A stretch of DNA of 64,000 nt. Source: Trichoplax adhaerens. Lineage: Eukaryota; Animalia; Placozoa. The notes under the pieces are model-generated. The model was given only the letters and a program-made list of their open reading frames with translations. It had not been told where the DNA came from and did no database searches. Each line of letters begins with the position of its first letter. Position 1 is the first letter of the stretch. The stretch lies in contig NW_002060952.1 in the NCBI RefSeq assembly GCF_000150275.1, positions 1,734,313-1,798,312 on the forward strand, read 5' to 3'. This document shows positions 52,101 to 64,000 of this stretch, in pieces. A program made the translations under genes and the position numbers.

Positions 52101-55100
52101 TCCTTGAATTTTACGCTAGTAAACAACATCAATTTGACATTAAATAGTTTCTATTTGTCATAGCTAAGCTACTCCTCCAAGTATCGTTTTTAATACCCTC
52201 TCTGACGGCGGTTTACTCGTTTAGTGGATCAAGACATAAAAGCAGAAGCTCCATATAGCTGTTTCTAATACCATTTTATCCAATTTTCAGCTATGCTAGC
52301 CCTATCTTTCACTAGTCATTAGTGCAAGAAGAATCAGTTTACTTTGTCTTATACGCTTCACGAAAGTATCGTCAACAGATCATTATGTAAGCATTAAAAT
52401 CTCCTAGTTACAAAATTAATTGCTCGCTCATGATCAGTTACTTTATCATGCATAGTTATCATCAACATGAAAGTTCTCACTTAATATAATTTCTTGAAAA
52501 CGCATAACTATCTAATGAGAATTTTGTATTAGTAAATTTATCGCTAGCTACTTAGATGAAAGATAAAAGCAATTTAACTGCAATTATACAATTATCACTT
52601 GACTATTTTAATAAAGATAAATATAATAACATAATAATTTAACAATAGGCCCTCCAGTGCATTGTATGCTAGCAAGATAAAATAACGCTCTAGATAAATA
52701 ACTCTTTGACGTAGATAATATATTGAAGTATAGATTAGATCGATATACTGTATTGTCGTAGAAAATCGAGATTTGAAATTGTACTGGAAGGATAATCTTT
52801 TCTTTATATCAAAATAATTCGATAATTTCTTTCACGTAAGTGACACTATTTCCTGCATCCTCATCGCTTAATTTTACTAGATCAGCATTGATAGATTTAT
52901 TCTAATCATATAAAAAATGGCTAATTGAAAATTAAAATATAGGCTATCAAAAATAGATTAGTTTATAATTTATAATAACCTTTGGTGTATATCGTTATCT
53001 CATCAATAATCAATGTTTAATTATAAGCAGACAGTTCTACAGTCAAGCATTATTTCTACTGGTAGCAATTATTTCAACATTATCATACGTTGCTCCTCCT
53101 TTACAAAAATTGTCGGACTGTTAAGATCAAATTAAGTAATTGACTATTTAGGTTATCTTTCAACTCGGCTATTGAAGTAAGCCTCAATTTAATATCGATA
53201 ACATTAGTTTATGATACAAAAAGTTCGCCTAGAGTTATACAGTAGGACAAAGCAAGAATTACGTACATCCTCAATTTGCGTATTAACTTTAAATTTGATC
53301 CAATCCATAGCTGCCAATATTTGTTTACGAATTATTCCTTCACTATTCTCGATCGTGTCTAGGATAAAATTTAGGCTGTGTGAACTTGTTTAACTTATTT
53401 AGTGTGAGTTATTGCCTTAAATTTTAAATAATGAAATTAAATAATTTTTATCACCTTTCTAATGATTCTTACCTACTTTTTAGGTAGACTTGATTGGCCG
53501 TTAATCGAATGTAATTATTACTTATTGGACTGATAATTAATATAAAAATTAAAAGTTTGAACATAAGATCGAACACTAGGCTTTCTTTACCCAATCGTTC
53601 AAATCTTCAACTTGTAAGTAAAGTTCCATAGATTATAATCGATGATTGCCGAAGTACCTGCTTTATCATCCTGTTTTTATTTCAAACTTTTTTCTTTTTT
53701 AAAATACGCAATCAAGAGTGTATTTTAGTTACATGCCATTTTAAATGTTTTACAAAACTAAATCCTTTCCTGGCTAGTACTTAAGGCTTAATATATGGAT
53801 TAAAAATATTTATCAGAAAGGCTTCTAGAATATTCCTATAGATTCGATTATATCAAAATAAAGTGATCATTCAGTAACGTCGCCGACAGTAATCTTTGAA
53901 AATTTTTTTATAATCATATAACAGCCCATACCTATAGTGACCATATTTTTCAGACAAATCATAAATAAATTCCTTACCAATACATACTTTAATAGTACAA
54001 CTTTGGCATCCAAATACGCTATATATCAATACTAACTCTGTCAAAGTTTAACTAGTATAAAATCTTAATTACGAATATTTCTTGGTAAAGATCCAATTTT
54101 AATCATTTATCATCGAGATTGAAATATAAATTTTTAAATCAACGTCTACTGTGATATTATTCAATTCAAGGCAACTAATTAATCTAGCATAGAAAGCGTC
54201 GAATTTAGTAAACTACTCTAATGGTCCATTATAGCTAGAAGCTAGAACTATCTATTTCTAATCTATATAACTGAAACTAGTTCGACGTTATTGATCATGC
54301 TCCATTATTAAAAACTAAAGCAAACCTTTACTAGCTACATAAAGATAGCAAATAAATAAATTTACAAGAGAGATTTCTTTTAAGACAAGAGTGCTGAAGC
54401 CTGCAGCTGTATATCTAATTATAGCCTTCTGTACGTTATATAATATTATCGTGAAATAGATAGGAAGTAATAGTTAATCATTATATCCTTTGTAACAGCG
54501 CTATTTACTAACTTGCTTATCTCCTCGTTAAGATATTTAGAGTCAAGCTTTATTTTTTAACTGGAATGATTTATCTTTCCTTAGAGAATTGCTGATTATG
54601 GAGATTAGTATTATACGAAATTTACCCCTAACAAACGAAATAATAATGATTACAAATAGATAAAGCTAACTTTTAGCTTTTTAGTTTAAGAGATCGATCA
54701 TTTTATAGCTTCCTTTCGATCCAATACTTCTCATTAACAATAGAATATGCCCTTATATCTTGAGAAGTAAATTAGTGGAGTAGAAAATTGATAATGACCC
54801 TTAAAATGAGTAGAATTGATGTCCTCTAATATTTAATTAAATTACGGTCAATGGATTTGTGAGGCGAAAATGAGATTGATGAACTGTTGTTTACGTTTAA
54901 GTTGATATTTCATGATTTCTTATTATGAACAGTTATGCCCCTTTGCTGATATCTTATGAATGCATTCCAAATTTACATAAAGTAATTACAATAATTGCAG
55001 AGTGTTGTTTTATGCCATTTACTAACTTAATTATAGCTTGTAAAAGAAGCTCTATATTAAACTTTTTCATCAAGTTTTAGCCATACCTTTCCTAGTGATT

Positions 55101-58100
55101 ATAGCAAGGAGAATTTCATTCATAAGCATGATACTGTATTTACTCTATTGTATATCTATCTTGTTCTTCAACTAATTAATATATATCTTTATGAGCACCC
55201 AGACTAGCTATAATGCCAGAATAATAACTAGTTCCAGTCTGCATAATCGATAGCAAGATTTATTGAAAATCAGGTAAACCTTAATTCTATTTGACACCTT
55301 AGCCAAATTCAATTCTATAAATCAAATGTAACTCGCATGTAATGTACATTGCAAAGCTTAGCCGGGCAAGTGAATTCACAAGATCACTTGTATCTACATG
55401 GATTAATGATTTTATATAAGAACGTCTTTGCCTATTATTTTTTCGGCTAGATAACTAAAACATGAATTTGCTAATGGTATGCAGCATTAATCATGCAATT
55501 TTTTCAGCATAGCAATTAGGTTTAACATGACCATAGATACTGCATTTCCATAATTACGTTAATATGCGCATTATTTATACTTGCAGTAGTGTATTCAGGA
55601 GCTATGGGCTAACATAGTAGCCCAGTGGGAGAGTTACTCTCTGTGCCAGTGGATAATGAGGAGACTGTCTATATTTTAAGTCGCACTATGAACGGAAAAC
55701 TATCAGCATACAATATATCTGGTTTTAGACGCATTCTACATTCTTTGAGTTGTCATGATCAGTTTATACCAGTCAACCTGATAAAGAGCATGGTTGTTTA
55801 TCATTAATTTTAACGAGATCATACTGTAGCATATTCAATGTTACTGAACTAATTTTAAAAATGGACTACCAAAGATTCTGACTACTTATTCTACGTCAGA
55901 ACCACTTATAAGTATAAAAGCACATACAATATCGTCAATGATGGTTAATAGTAGTAACAACCTTTTCATTCTGTTGGCGTGCGATCAAGTAAATTTCTGA
56001 TTTAGTTTCATCACTAAAATCTTATGCTTGAACAAATATTCAGTAAAATCATCATTAATTCCACTAGCATCCATTAATACGAGTATTGTGATCTCAAATA
56101 ATATCTGCTACGAAATTAAATTACTGTAAGTATGAATTTATTACATTGATTGTTATAGTTTGTCATTAGGACCACCAGCCAACTCGTATACAGTAATGTT
56201 CATAGACAGAAATATCAATGATTCTTCTCCTTACGTTAGAAATAATTATCATTTTTGCGATATGTTATGTTTAGGTTAAGTAGTTGATGTATGACCAGCG
56301 AGATAAAACCACGGCCTATTTTGGTGGTAATAGAGCCATTATTATGATTCTATACACGTATGTCAATTCATTAGTAGTACAAATTAACAGTAGTTTTTTT
56401 ATTTGGACTTATAGTGATGTACCATCATTGTCTGCTGATGTGACTGCTGTTATATAATTTGCATGAGAATATTTAAAAACTGTTTAAATTTAATGTACAC
56501 AACAAAAAGCAAGGTTGGTATTCTATCATCTACGCATAAGAAATTAGATAGTAAACAATACATTGTCTCTACCGCAAGACTCTAGCATAAGAAAGCTTAT
56601 GGCAGTCATAGAATACTAATCTCGATAACTAGTTTAATATTGAAGAATACCAAAATACCTCCCAGGGTAGTTTTAGCATGTACTTACACATTTCTTAGGA
56701 CACTACTCTAACTATTTCAATTTGTCTTTCGGTTTTTCTAATTGTTACGGTTATTGAACTGTTCATAGAACTTACGGAGAGGATGTAGATTTTACTAGAC
56801 GGTGTAACTTAAATTTAATTAAGCTTTCGGTTATAAAACTATTCTTTTCAGGGTCTAGCAGTACTTATTTTCATCTATTATACCTAAAGCGATCTCGATG
56901 CTTCATCATTCTGACAAGTTGATCGCTACTCTATCTTCTTCTCAACAACTTACATGGTAGTTTTAAAAGTAAAGCTGAAATGGTAATTTATTAAACTCTA
57001 TTAGCATTTATTTGGCTTAAATCATAAAATAAATAGTCTTTACAATACTGAATTATGTTCCCAACAAGCTAACACGGTGGCTTCGAAAATGGGGACTAAA
57101 AATCGCTATTTCGCTTTTCTTTCCACCTTTACTTAAATTAAAAGTATTAGGGTATATAAACATGAAAGAGTCATAGCATACTATTGCTGCTTGTGGATGA
57201 TTTCATTTGTGTTATCCTTTAGTTTCCTTAAGCTTCGTACCCAAGCATACAATAATTTTTTGCCGCTATTTTTTTTAAATTCAATAGAACCTAGTCTCTT
57301 CCTCTGAAACGAAGATCACAATATTTACAGTCAAGCTTTCAAAGCGTAGTCAGCTAAACTTCCTATCTAATAAGTTTAAATTGAACTAATAAAATCGATA
57401 GAAGCAGATTAATGAGCTCACTTCTGTCATAAAATTTGTTAGGACTATGCAAATAAGATTAAGGCAGATCCGAAATATTTAGAATGTCCACTTTGATATT
57501 AACTAACATTTTCAGATATGATTAGCCATCCGTTTTATTCTTCTCCGATCAGCCTCAACAACTGTATAAAATGCCGTCGCCTATTTGCATAAATGCATAG
57601 CTTAGGTAGTCACCAATTTGAGCATAACAGCAATATTAGGAATAGCATGAATATTGACCACTTTACGCCCAAACTATACTAAAATAATGAAGTAGTCAAA
57701 TTATTCTTGGTTGTATTTCTAAAGGACATACTTATGGTCTTCAATTTACCGATAATAATTTTGTTTACTGCAGTACATTATCATGCATACGAGCTTTCAG
57801 GCAAGCAAAAGTTTTATAACCTTAAAAGAAGAGTCAAAGCTGAACATTCCATTCATTAAAGTTAAGCACATCGCTACTTTTCATCTTACAACGTTAAACT
57901 TTTCCAACTATCTGATTATATTCGTTCCGCAACGATTTCGTTGCTATGACAATTTGAGATTGAACTGATAGATAATCATTTGATTGGCTTAACTAGTAGT
58001 GGAAAGAGCTAGGTTTTCATTAGATTGACATAGAATAGCAAGAAAATTAATTCATTGCAGGATAATTTAGGTTCAGTTCAAGAATTGTTACTAATTATGC

Positions 58101-58897
58101 GAAAATAATCCGTCACCACGGGCCGATAAGAATATTAAGATAGAGAGTATTGCCGATAAGAAGAGTTTCTGATTCTAACAAATAAAACCTACCTATGATT
58201 CTGATTCTTAATTATGATTAGTACTCTATTTAAACACTTTTTAATTAAATGTATTGAATTCATTATAGGGCCAATAAATTGATCACTTGCACGTTAAAAG
58301 AGAATTACTGTACTCTATCCGAGTTACTAAGAATCTTGAGTTACTAGGCCAACGAAAAGTTCGTGATTAGTGAATATTGGAGTCATTCCAGTACGGATTT
58401 ATTTAAATTAAACAGTTCTATAATAGAAGTGAATTCTCTTTGTCATATCTTGGCTGCTCTAAATATTTTATTTTCCGATTATTATTGAAAGTAAATAATT
58501 CTATCGTCTTAATTTTTTATTGTTAAATATCAATAAGTCGCATGTGTCCCTGGTTAGATTTTCCTTTTATTCTATCTTTGTTCAGTTTAAGTTAATTTGT
58601 AAAGTTTAGATCAAAGAATATTTTCGTGGACATTTTACTTATAGATAGATTAGTATAAACTCTACCCGGTAGATTTGGTGTCAAGTTTAATGAAGGGTTA
58701 CTTAAGTAATTTTTAAAAGCACAACCAGTAGTATTATATTATGACGATGAGCAGAAACTAAGATATCAAGCTGTATAAACTTAAGCTATCATAATACTTT
58801 CCATGTAGATCTTCTCTTTAGGTCCCAAAATATCCACTTAGACTCTAAAATTTTACTTGCGAATGAATAAAACAAATGGTGACATGCGGTTTCCTTA

Positions 58898-59605
58898 CGT
58901 ATGGAATCTAACAAAAAAATTTTATAACCATAGGGAATAGTCCAGGGCATTATAAAATTTTTGTGTCCAACTTAAATATATCGCTAGCAAGATAGGATCA
59001 GGGGGATATAAATACAGGAAATATTGTTTATATTATAGGGTCCTTATGTGAAAATAATTTGCAGTTGACAGTACTGGTGGAAAATATCATCTTCCGTATG
59101 GAATCTACAAATGATTTTGTAGCTATAGGGAATAGTCCAAGATATTGTAAAAATTATGTGTCCAGTTTTAATTTATGGATCGCAAGATAGGACGCTGACA
59201 GATCTGAATATAAGAAAAATTGATTACATTATATGGTCCTTATGTAATAATGCCATAAAGAATAGTCCAAGTTATTGCGTTGTTATATGCACCCTGAGTG
59301 CATTAGGATATTAGTTACTAGAGGAGTGGAAACGTTCGCAAAGAAGAAAATTTATGGCATACGTATAAAAGTTTCGTGTTCAATTCTAATTTATTGATAG
59401 CAACATAGGACGCTGACAGATATAAATACAGGAAGTATTGTTTATATTATATGATTCTGATATGACAATGCTATTGCACTTATTCCAGGATATTATCAAT
59501 GGTTTTACATCCAGTTTTAATTTATCCATAGCAATATAGCACACAGAAAGATATCAATGTCGGAAATATTGATTACATTACAGGATCCTTACGCAATAAT
59601 GATTT
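58898..59605. repeat. Old diverged tandem array, ~4 copies of a ~120-200 bp unit
   Basis: Recurring blocks cgtatggaatcta (58898, 59095), atagggaatagtcca, gcaagatagga/gcaacatagga, gatataaatacaggaa and ttgattacatta..g.tcctta. Confidence 0.8.
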
Positions 59606-60920
59606 GTAATATACAATAATCGTTGCAAATATCATCGCTACTAAATTTGATAGTGATTCACGTCTATAAACGTCCATATGAGGTATTTCTATTTTGATCT
59701 ATCCGGTTCAGTAGTTAATGTACTTCAATTGATTTCTTGATCATCTAATATTATCACGGCCTCATACTTTACCCTCGCTGAGGTGTCCAATTGAATTAGA
59801 ATGATATCAACTATGGCAGGGGTATATCATTCCTAGAATGCGGGTTATAAATCGATATCGAAATGATTTATAATTAATAATTACTATTATTATTACTGAC
59901 TTTATTTCTGGGAATTGATGGTAGAATACATCAAGCCGATTGACGTTAGTAGTATCTCTTATAATTCTATCCCTAACCAATTATTAATACTTTGGTTTCC
60001 ACGTCGATATGATTGTATTATAGGGCAAAAATGTCAGTCATCCTCGATCAATATTCGTAAGCCCTGTATCCGCTAATTATTTGTTATATTGACATCCATC
60101 CGTCCAATCGACCATAATGATATTGACGATATTAGTCACAAATCGATTGTAATTATAGGAGAAGCCCTGTAAAAATTAATTTCATACGCTATAAAGCAAC
60201 TTGATATCAATTTCTATCATCCAATAGTGAGCTATTAACAGTAACGCTTGTTCGTTATACTCTTTACAAGGAATTAATAGCATCAAATTCGATTTATGTC
60301 AAATTGACGGCATTAAAGAGTACACTAAACAAAAAATCAAGTTTTATTTTAAACCTTGATTATGACCAAGAATTATTAGTGGTTATGGCTTTGTTTTAAA
60401 GTCGAGAACAAAGCGCCAGCCATCACCAGAGTATTGATATCAATAAAAATCATCAATGTAGTTATGATGAATTGGATGATTTGTTGGCTAATATTTTATG
60501 CATATTATGTATTGAATTGATAGCAATATTCTTTATTTAACGAGAGTTTGAAAATTTGTTTATTTACTTCAAACAATAGTTAAGGGATGAATTTATAACG
60601 TCAATTGGACTGTTGATGCCTACATTTTCTTCTTTTTTCATTTTATGATTGCCGTTTTTCAAGTTCTATGTCTTAGCGAGCAGATTAAATTCAATGTTCC
60701 GCTTTCAACGCTTTACCTAATACTACTACTTCCAATTGGATAGTCATTATCACTATCGATCTTTATGTCGATCCTAGTCTACTAAAAGAGAAAAAAGAAA
60801 GTGATCCTGTTTCATTATTTAACTGAATCTACTAAATCAAGTCAAGAAATCTTTGGAGTCGTTCAATTTATATCGACGACGATAATATTGTTACTAAAAA
60901 AAGAAATTAGTTTCATCACT

Positions 60921-60962
60921 ATGGCCAAGTACTTTGCTTGTTTTGCTATCATCATTTTGACG
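60921..60962 (+). CDS. Probable first coding exon (signal peptide) of a secreted or membrane protein
   Basis: cactATG-AKYFACFAIIILT followed by a perfect GTAAGT donor in phase 0; basic n-region plus hydrophobic h-region. No downstream exon was identified with confidence in the window. Confidence 0.5.
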
Positions 60963-63900
60963 GTAAGTCAAGTTAATGTCTTTTCAATTGGATAATATTT
61001 CCTTCTAGCTTGATGAGTAAAAAATAGAAATAAATGGATAGCATTAAGTAATGAATAAAGATTGCAGGAAGATGATTGTTATCACTTACGCTGATTAATT
61101 AAGATCATGCTTCAAGAAATAGTCATACAATTTTCAAAATTGGATCGGATGATCGATCTTGTTTTAGTTAAACTTTAATCCAAATTTTTATCTTGATTGA
61201 AAGAATTGAGATTATTATTTTGACTTGTTTTAAGTCCAAATCGTCTTTAAAATCAAGAAATTGTTCAAGGTTGGACATTTTTTGTACGGGATTGAACTGA
61301 TTTAAATTTATGCCAATTCCGATATTCTGATTGATTGATTACGCGAATCTCAACGTCGATCATGATTTATTATCTATCGCATAGGCGAGTAATATCTAGC
61401 GAATTCGTTTTATTCCTTTTAATACTCCTTCTTTATTCAAATCAAAATCCCTAGACAATTTGTTTGGGTTAGTTGTTAAAGACTTTTTTGCGTGATTGAT
61501 TTTAATTTATCAGCGTTATTTTAACAATCATCTTTCTATCGAGTAAGCCACAGCTAAAGTAAATATCGTTATAGTAGGCCATAGAAGATAGCTGTCGATT
61601 ACTTTATCGATCAAAGATGATTTTACTATTCAAGCTTTTATTTCCAACAAAATATAAATTTTTATACGACAACCGTAACTCTTTTTTCATGCAGTGTGTC
61701 AATCTCGCTATAGATCTATTGGAAAAATGATTTCAAAGTCGTGATGAGCGTTGGACCGATATTTTCAACCAGATTGATGAATTAGAATATTCTTCTTTAT
61801 TCCTGTCTTGTGAACAAAATTTCTGTTTAATTTATCAGTTTTAAATTAAGCTTGTTAAATCAGAAAGCTATCAGTAAGATAGAAAGGAACCATTGTTGTT
61901 ATTCTTTTCCATTCAACTTAACACTAGTCGTAGATCACTTGCAAAATCTGATCCATCATATTCATTGCTACAAATGCAGAACAAAATGTTAAAAAAATCT
62001 TGCTCCCTTTCCTAAATGATCTATCATTTAATGACGAAATGATTTGTGAAATAGGAATGATCCTAATTTCCAGCATCACAACCCCTTTTGTTTATAATTA
62101 TTTACTAGAACTAAACGATAGTCTATACTTAGGATTAAAAAATAATATATTACTGAGATACAAGCATTACCCTATTTATCATCATCAAAGCCGTAAAATT
62201 AGAATTTGCTGAGATGTTGACATTTTCTAAACTGTAGCACTTTTAATTATGGACCAATGTATGCATCTATAGAGCGATTGTTCTTCAATGATTCGCAATT
62301 AAGTTAACTTTAAGTCATCGGATGGCCTTCCATTCATTTTATTCGCTACTTCTGTAAGGCTAAGGTTCGTGAATGAACGGAATCCTTTGAGTCAATTCGA
62401 TGCGTAAACTCTTTATGGCAACGGCTCTAGTAACCCGATCCATAACGGCACTACTTTATTTTAACATGTCAATCCTTAATTTGATGTAGTTGTAGCAATG
62501 TTCCATTGCAGCACATACCACTCATTAAAGTTGAAAGATCATACAAATAGCATAGTACTAATTAAGTTCCCTTCCTTCAATCCTTTCCCTTTGGATAATT
62601 GAAATACCTTGGCTCGTACTCGTCGAAAATATATGCAAAACATATTAATGATAAAGTTTAGATTATTTCATATTGTGTTATCGATAATATCATCAACGAT
62701 TTTTATTGTTACCAATATAGTTTTTATCCAGTACAACAATATACGCATCAATTTTGTGGCATTTTTATAGTCTTGGTTTGATTAGTAATTCCGTTTGAGC
62801 AAATAATTTGACAAGAGGGTACGACTTAATATTTCTAAATCACGGTTTGCTTTAAATCGAGTTTGGGATTTCTTCGATAGTGTAAAAGTAGCGATTAACT
62901 TCAGTTAAGAAAATGATCCGTTTAAACATACCACTGCCAGATATCTATTACATCCTAATTTCTGAATCTGCAATTTATCCAATATTAGGAACAATCCGTC
63001 TAAAATCTCAATAGCATATTCTAGATCGATTCTTAATCGTCTTCCTATGACTCTGCATTAGTATAATTATAATTTGGAAGTTGTTTAAGTTATCCCATAT
63101 TTGCGTGTAGATGAATTTTAGATGGTTGCTAATACAGACTGTATCGGCTGTAGATATGCTCGTAATTGAAATGATTTTCAATTTGAAGATGGAACGATAC
63201 TAAATTCGAAGTACAGCTATTCCTTTTTCGTTATTATTTGTAATTTAACTAAAATTGAAAAAAAGCCGCTACGAGCCTTTGAAATTGTCCTTGCTTCTAT
63301 GCAATCAATCTCAATATCAAGTCGCCAAATTATTGATCTTACAGTGGCATATCGTTACTTTCCCTTGATCTTATCCTACACCTGAAATCGAGGTGAAAGT
63401 TGATTCTTGTATTGCACCCATCATTTATAATCAATCAATTTCGAGATAAAGTTGGCAAATTATAATTAATTATAGACCTTATTTACGGACTATATTAGAA
63501 GAAGCCTTTTTTCTTGTAGTCTGTGCCTTATCTTACTCTTCAAATTGAGGCGAAAGATGATTCTTTACGCTTGAAAGTTATATCAAAACTAGGATAGAAC
63601 ATTGAAATTATGCTTTTATCGATTCTGTTGAACAAACATTCGGTCCTCTATTTGAGCGAATATAGGATAGTATTTTATTACCGCTGCTTCTTCCCAATCT
63701 AAATCCAATTCGGATTGTCAGTTGGATATTGCTACCGTAAAAATAACATCATGGGCCAAATATGATCAAATTGGATATTGTCTTGAAGAAGCTACTTGTG
63801 ATCATTATAATCGACTGCTGTTTAACATGCTGTCGCGAGTTTTGAAATCATTTTTACACATAGTGATAGTGTGATCAACTTACGCTAATAACAATACAAA

Positions 63901-64000
63901 GCACTTAAATTATCCACTCTATTCTATTTTAAGTTACAAATGATTGAGTTGATCACCAATAAAGTATTTGTTAGTCATCACAGATTGATAACAGCACTAG

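Noticed and set aside
54483-54491. ATATCCTTT matching the U12 AT-AC donor consensus
   Set aside because: No upstream exon or matching branch site/AC acceptor could be tied to it. A similar GTATCCTTT at ~12418 is antisense within a CAD exon.
61695-61730. Candidate second exon for the 60921 signal-peptide gene (CVNLAIDLLEK*)
   Set aside because: It has a good acceptor but gives only a 25-aa product with an immediate stop, so it is unsupported.

Overview
AT-rich, intron-rich eukaryotic DNA. Short (~70-150 nt) GT-AG introns, compact gene spacing and animal-type orthologues suggest an early-branching animal, probably a placozoan (Trichoplax-like); this is an inference, not a search result. The ORF track mostly shows exon fragments, so I rebuilt spliced genes by hand. 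Positions 1-46.2 kb hold eight genes in strict strand alternation: a secreted C-type lectin (-), LAMTOR3 (+), CAD (-), CCDC25 (+), MRGBP/Eaf7 (-), an 89-aa gene absent from the ORF track that resembles the fungal/protist complex I subunit NUUM (+), TOPORS (-) and DIMT1 (+). After these come ~14.7 kb with no recognisable gene and then a probable signal-peptide first exon at 60921. Main observations: (1) TACAG/CTGTA (AGTACT/TGTACA) arrays sit just upstream of all seven housekeeping genes but not the two secreted-protein genes; (2) the NUUM-like gene neighbours TOPORS, as NDUFB6 does in human; (3) a U12-type intron splits the RING zinc-ligand His codon of TOPORS; (4) CAD keeps three mammalian-type regulatory phosphosites and may have a uORF-bearing leader; (5) there are two solo-LTR-like elements, a TTAA-flanked hairpin and several local tandem duplications.
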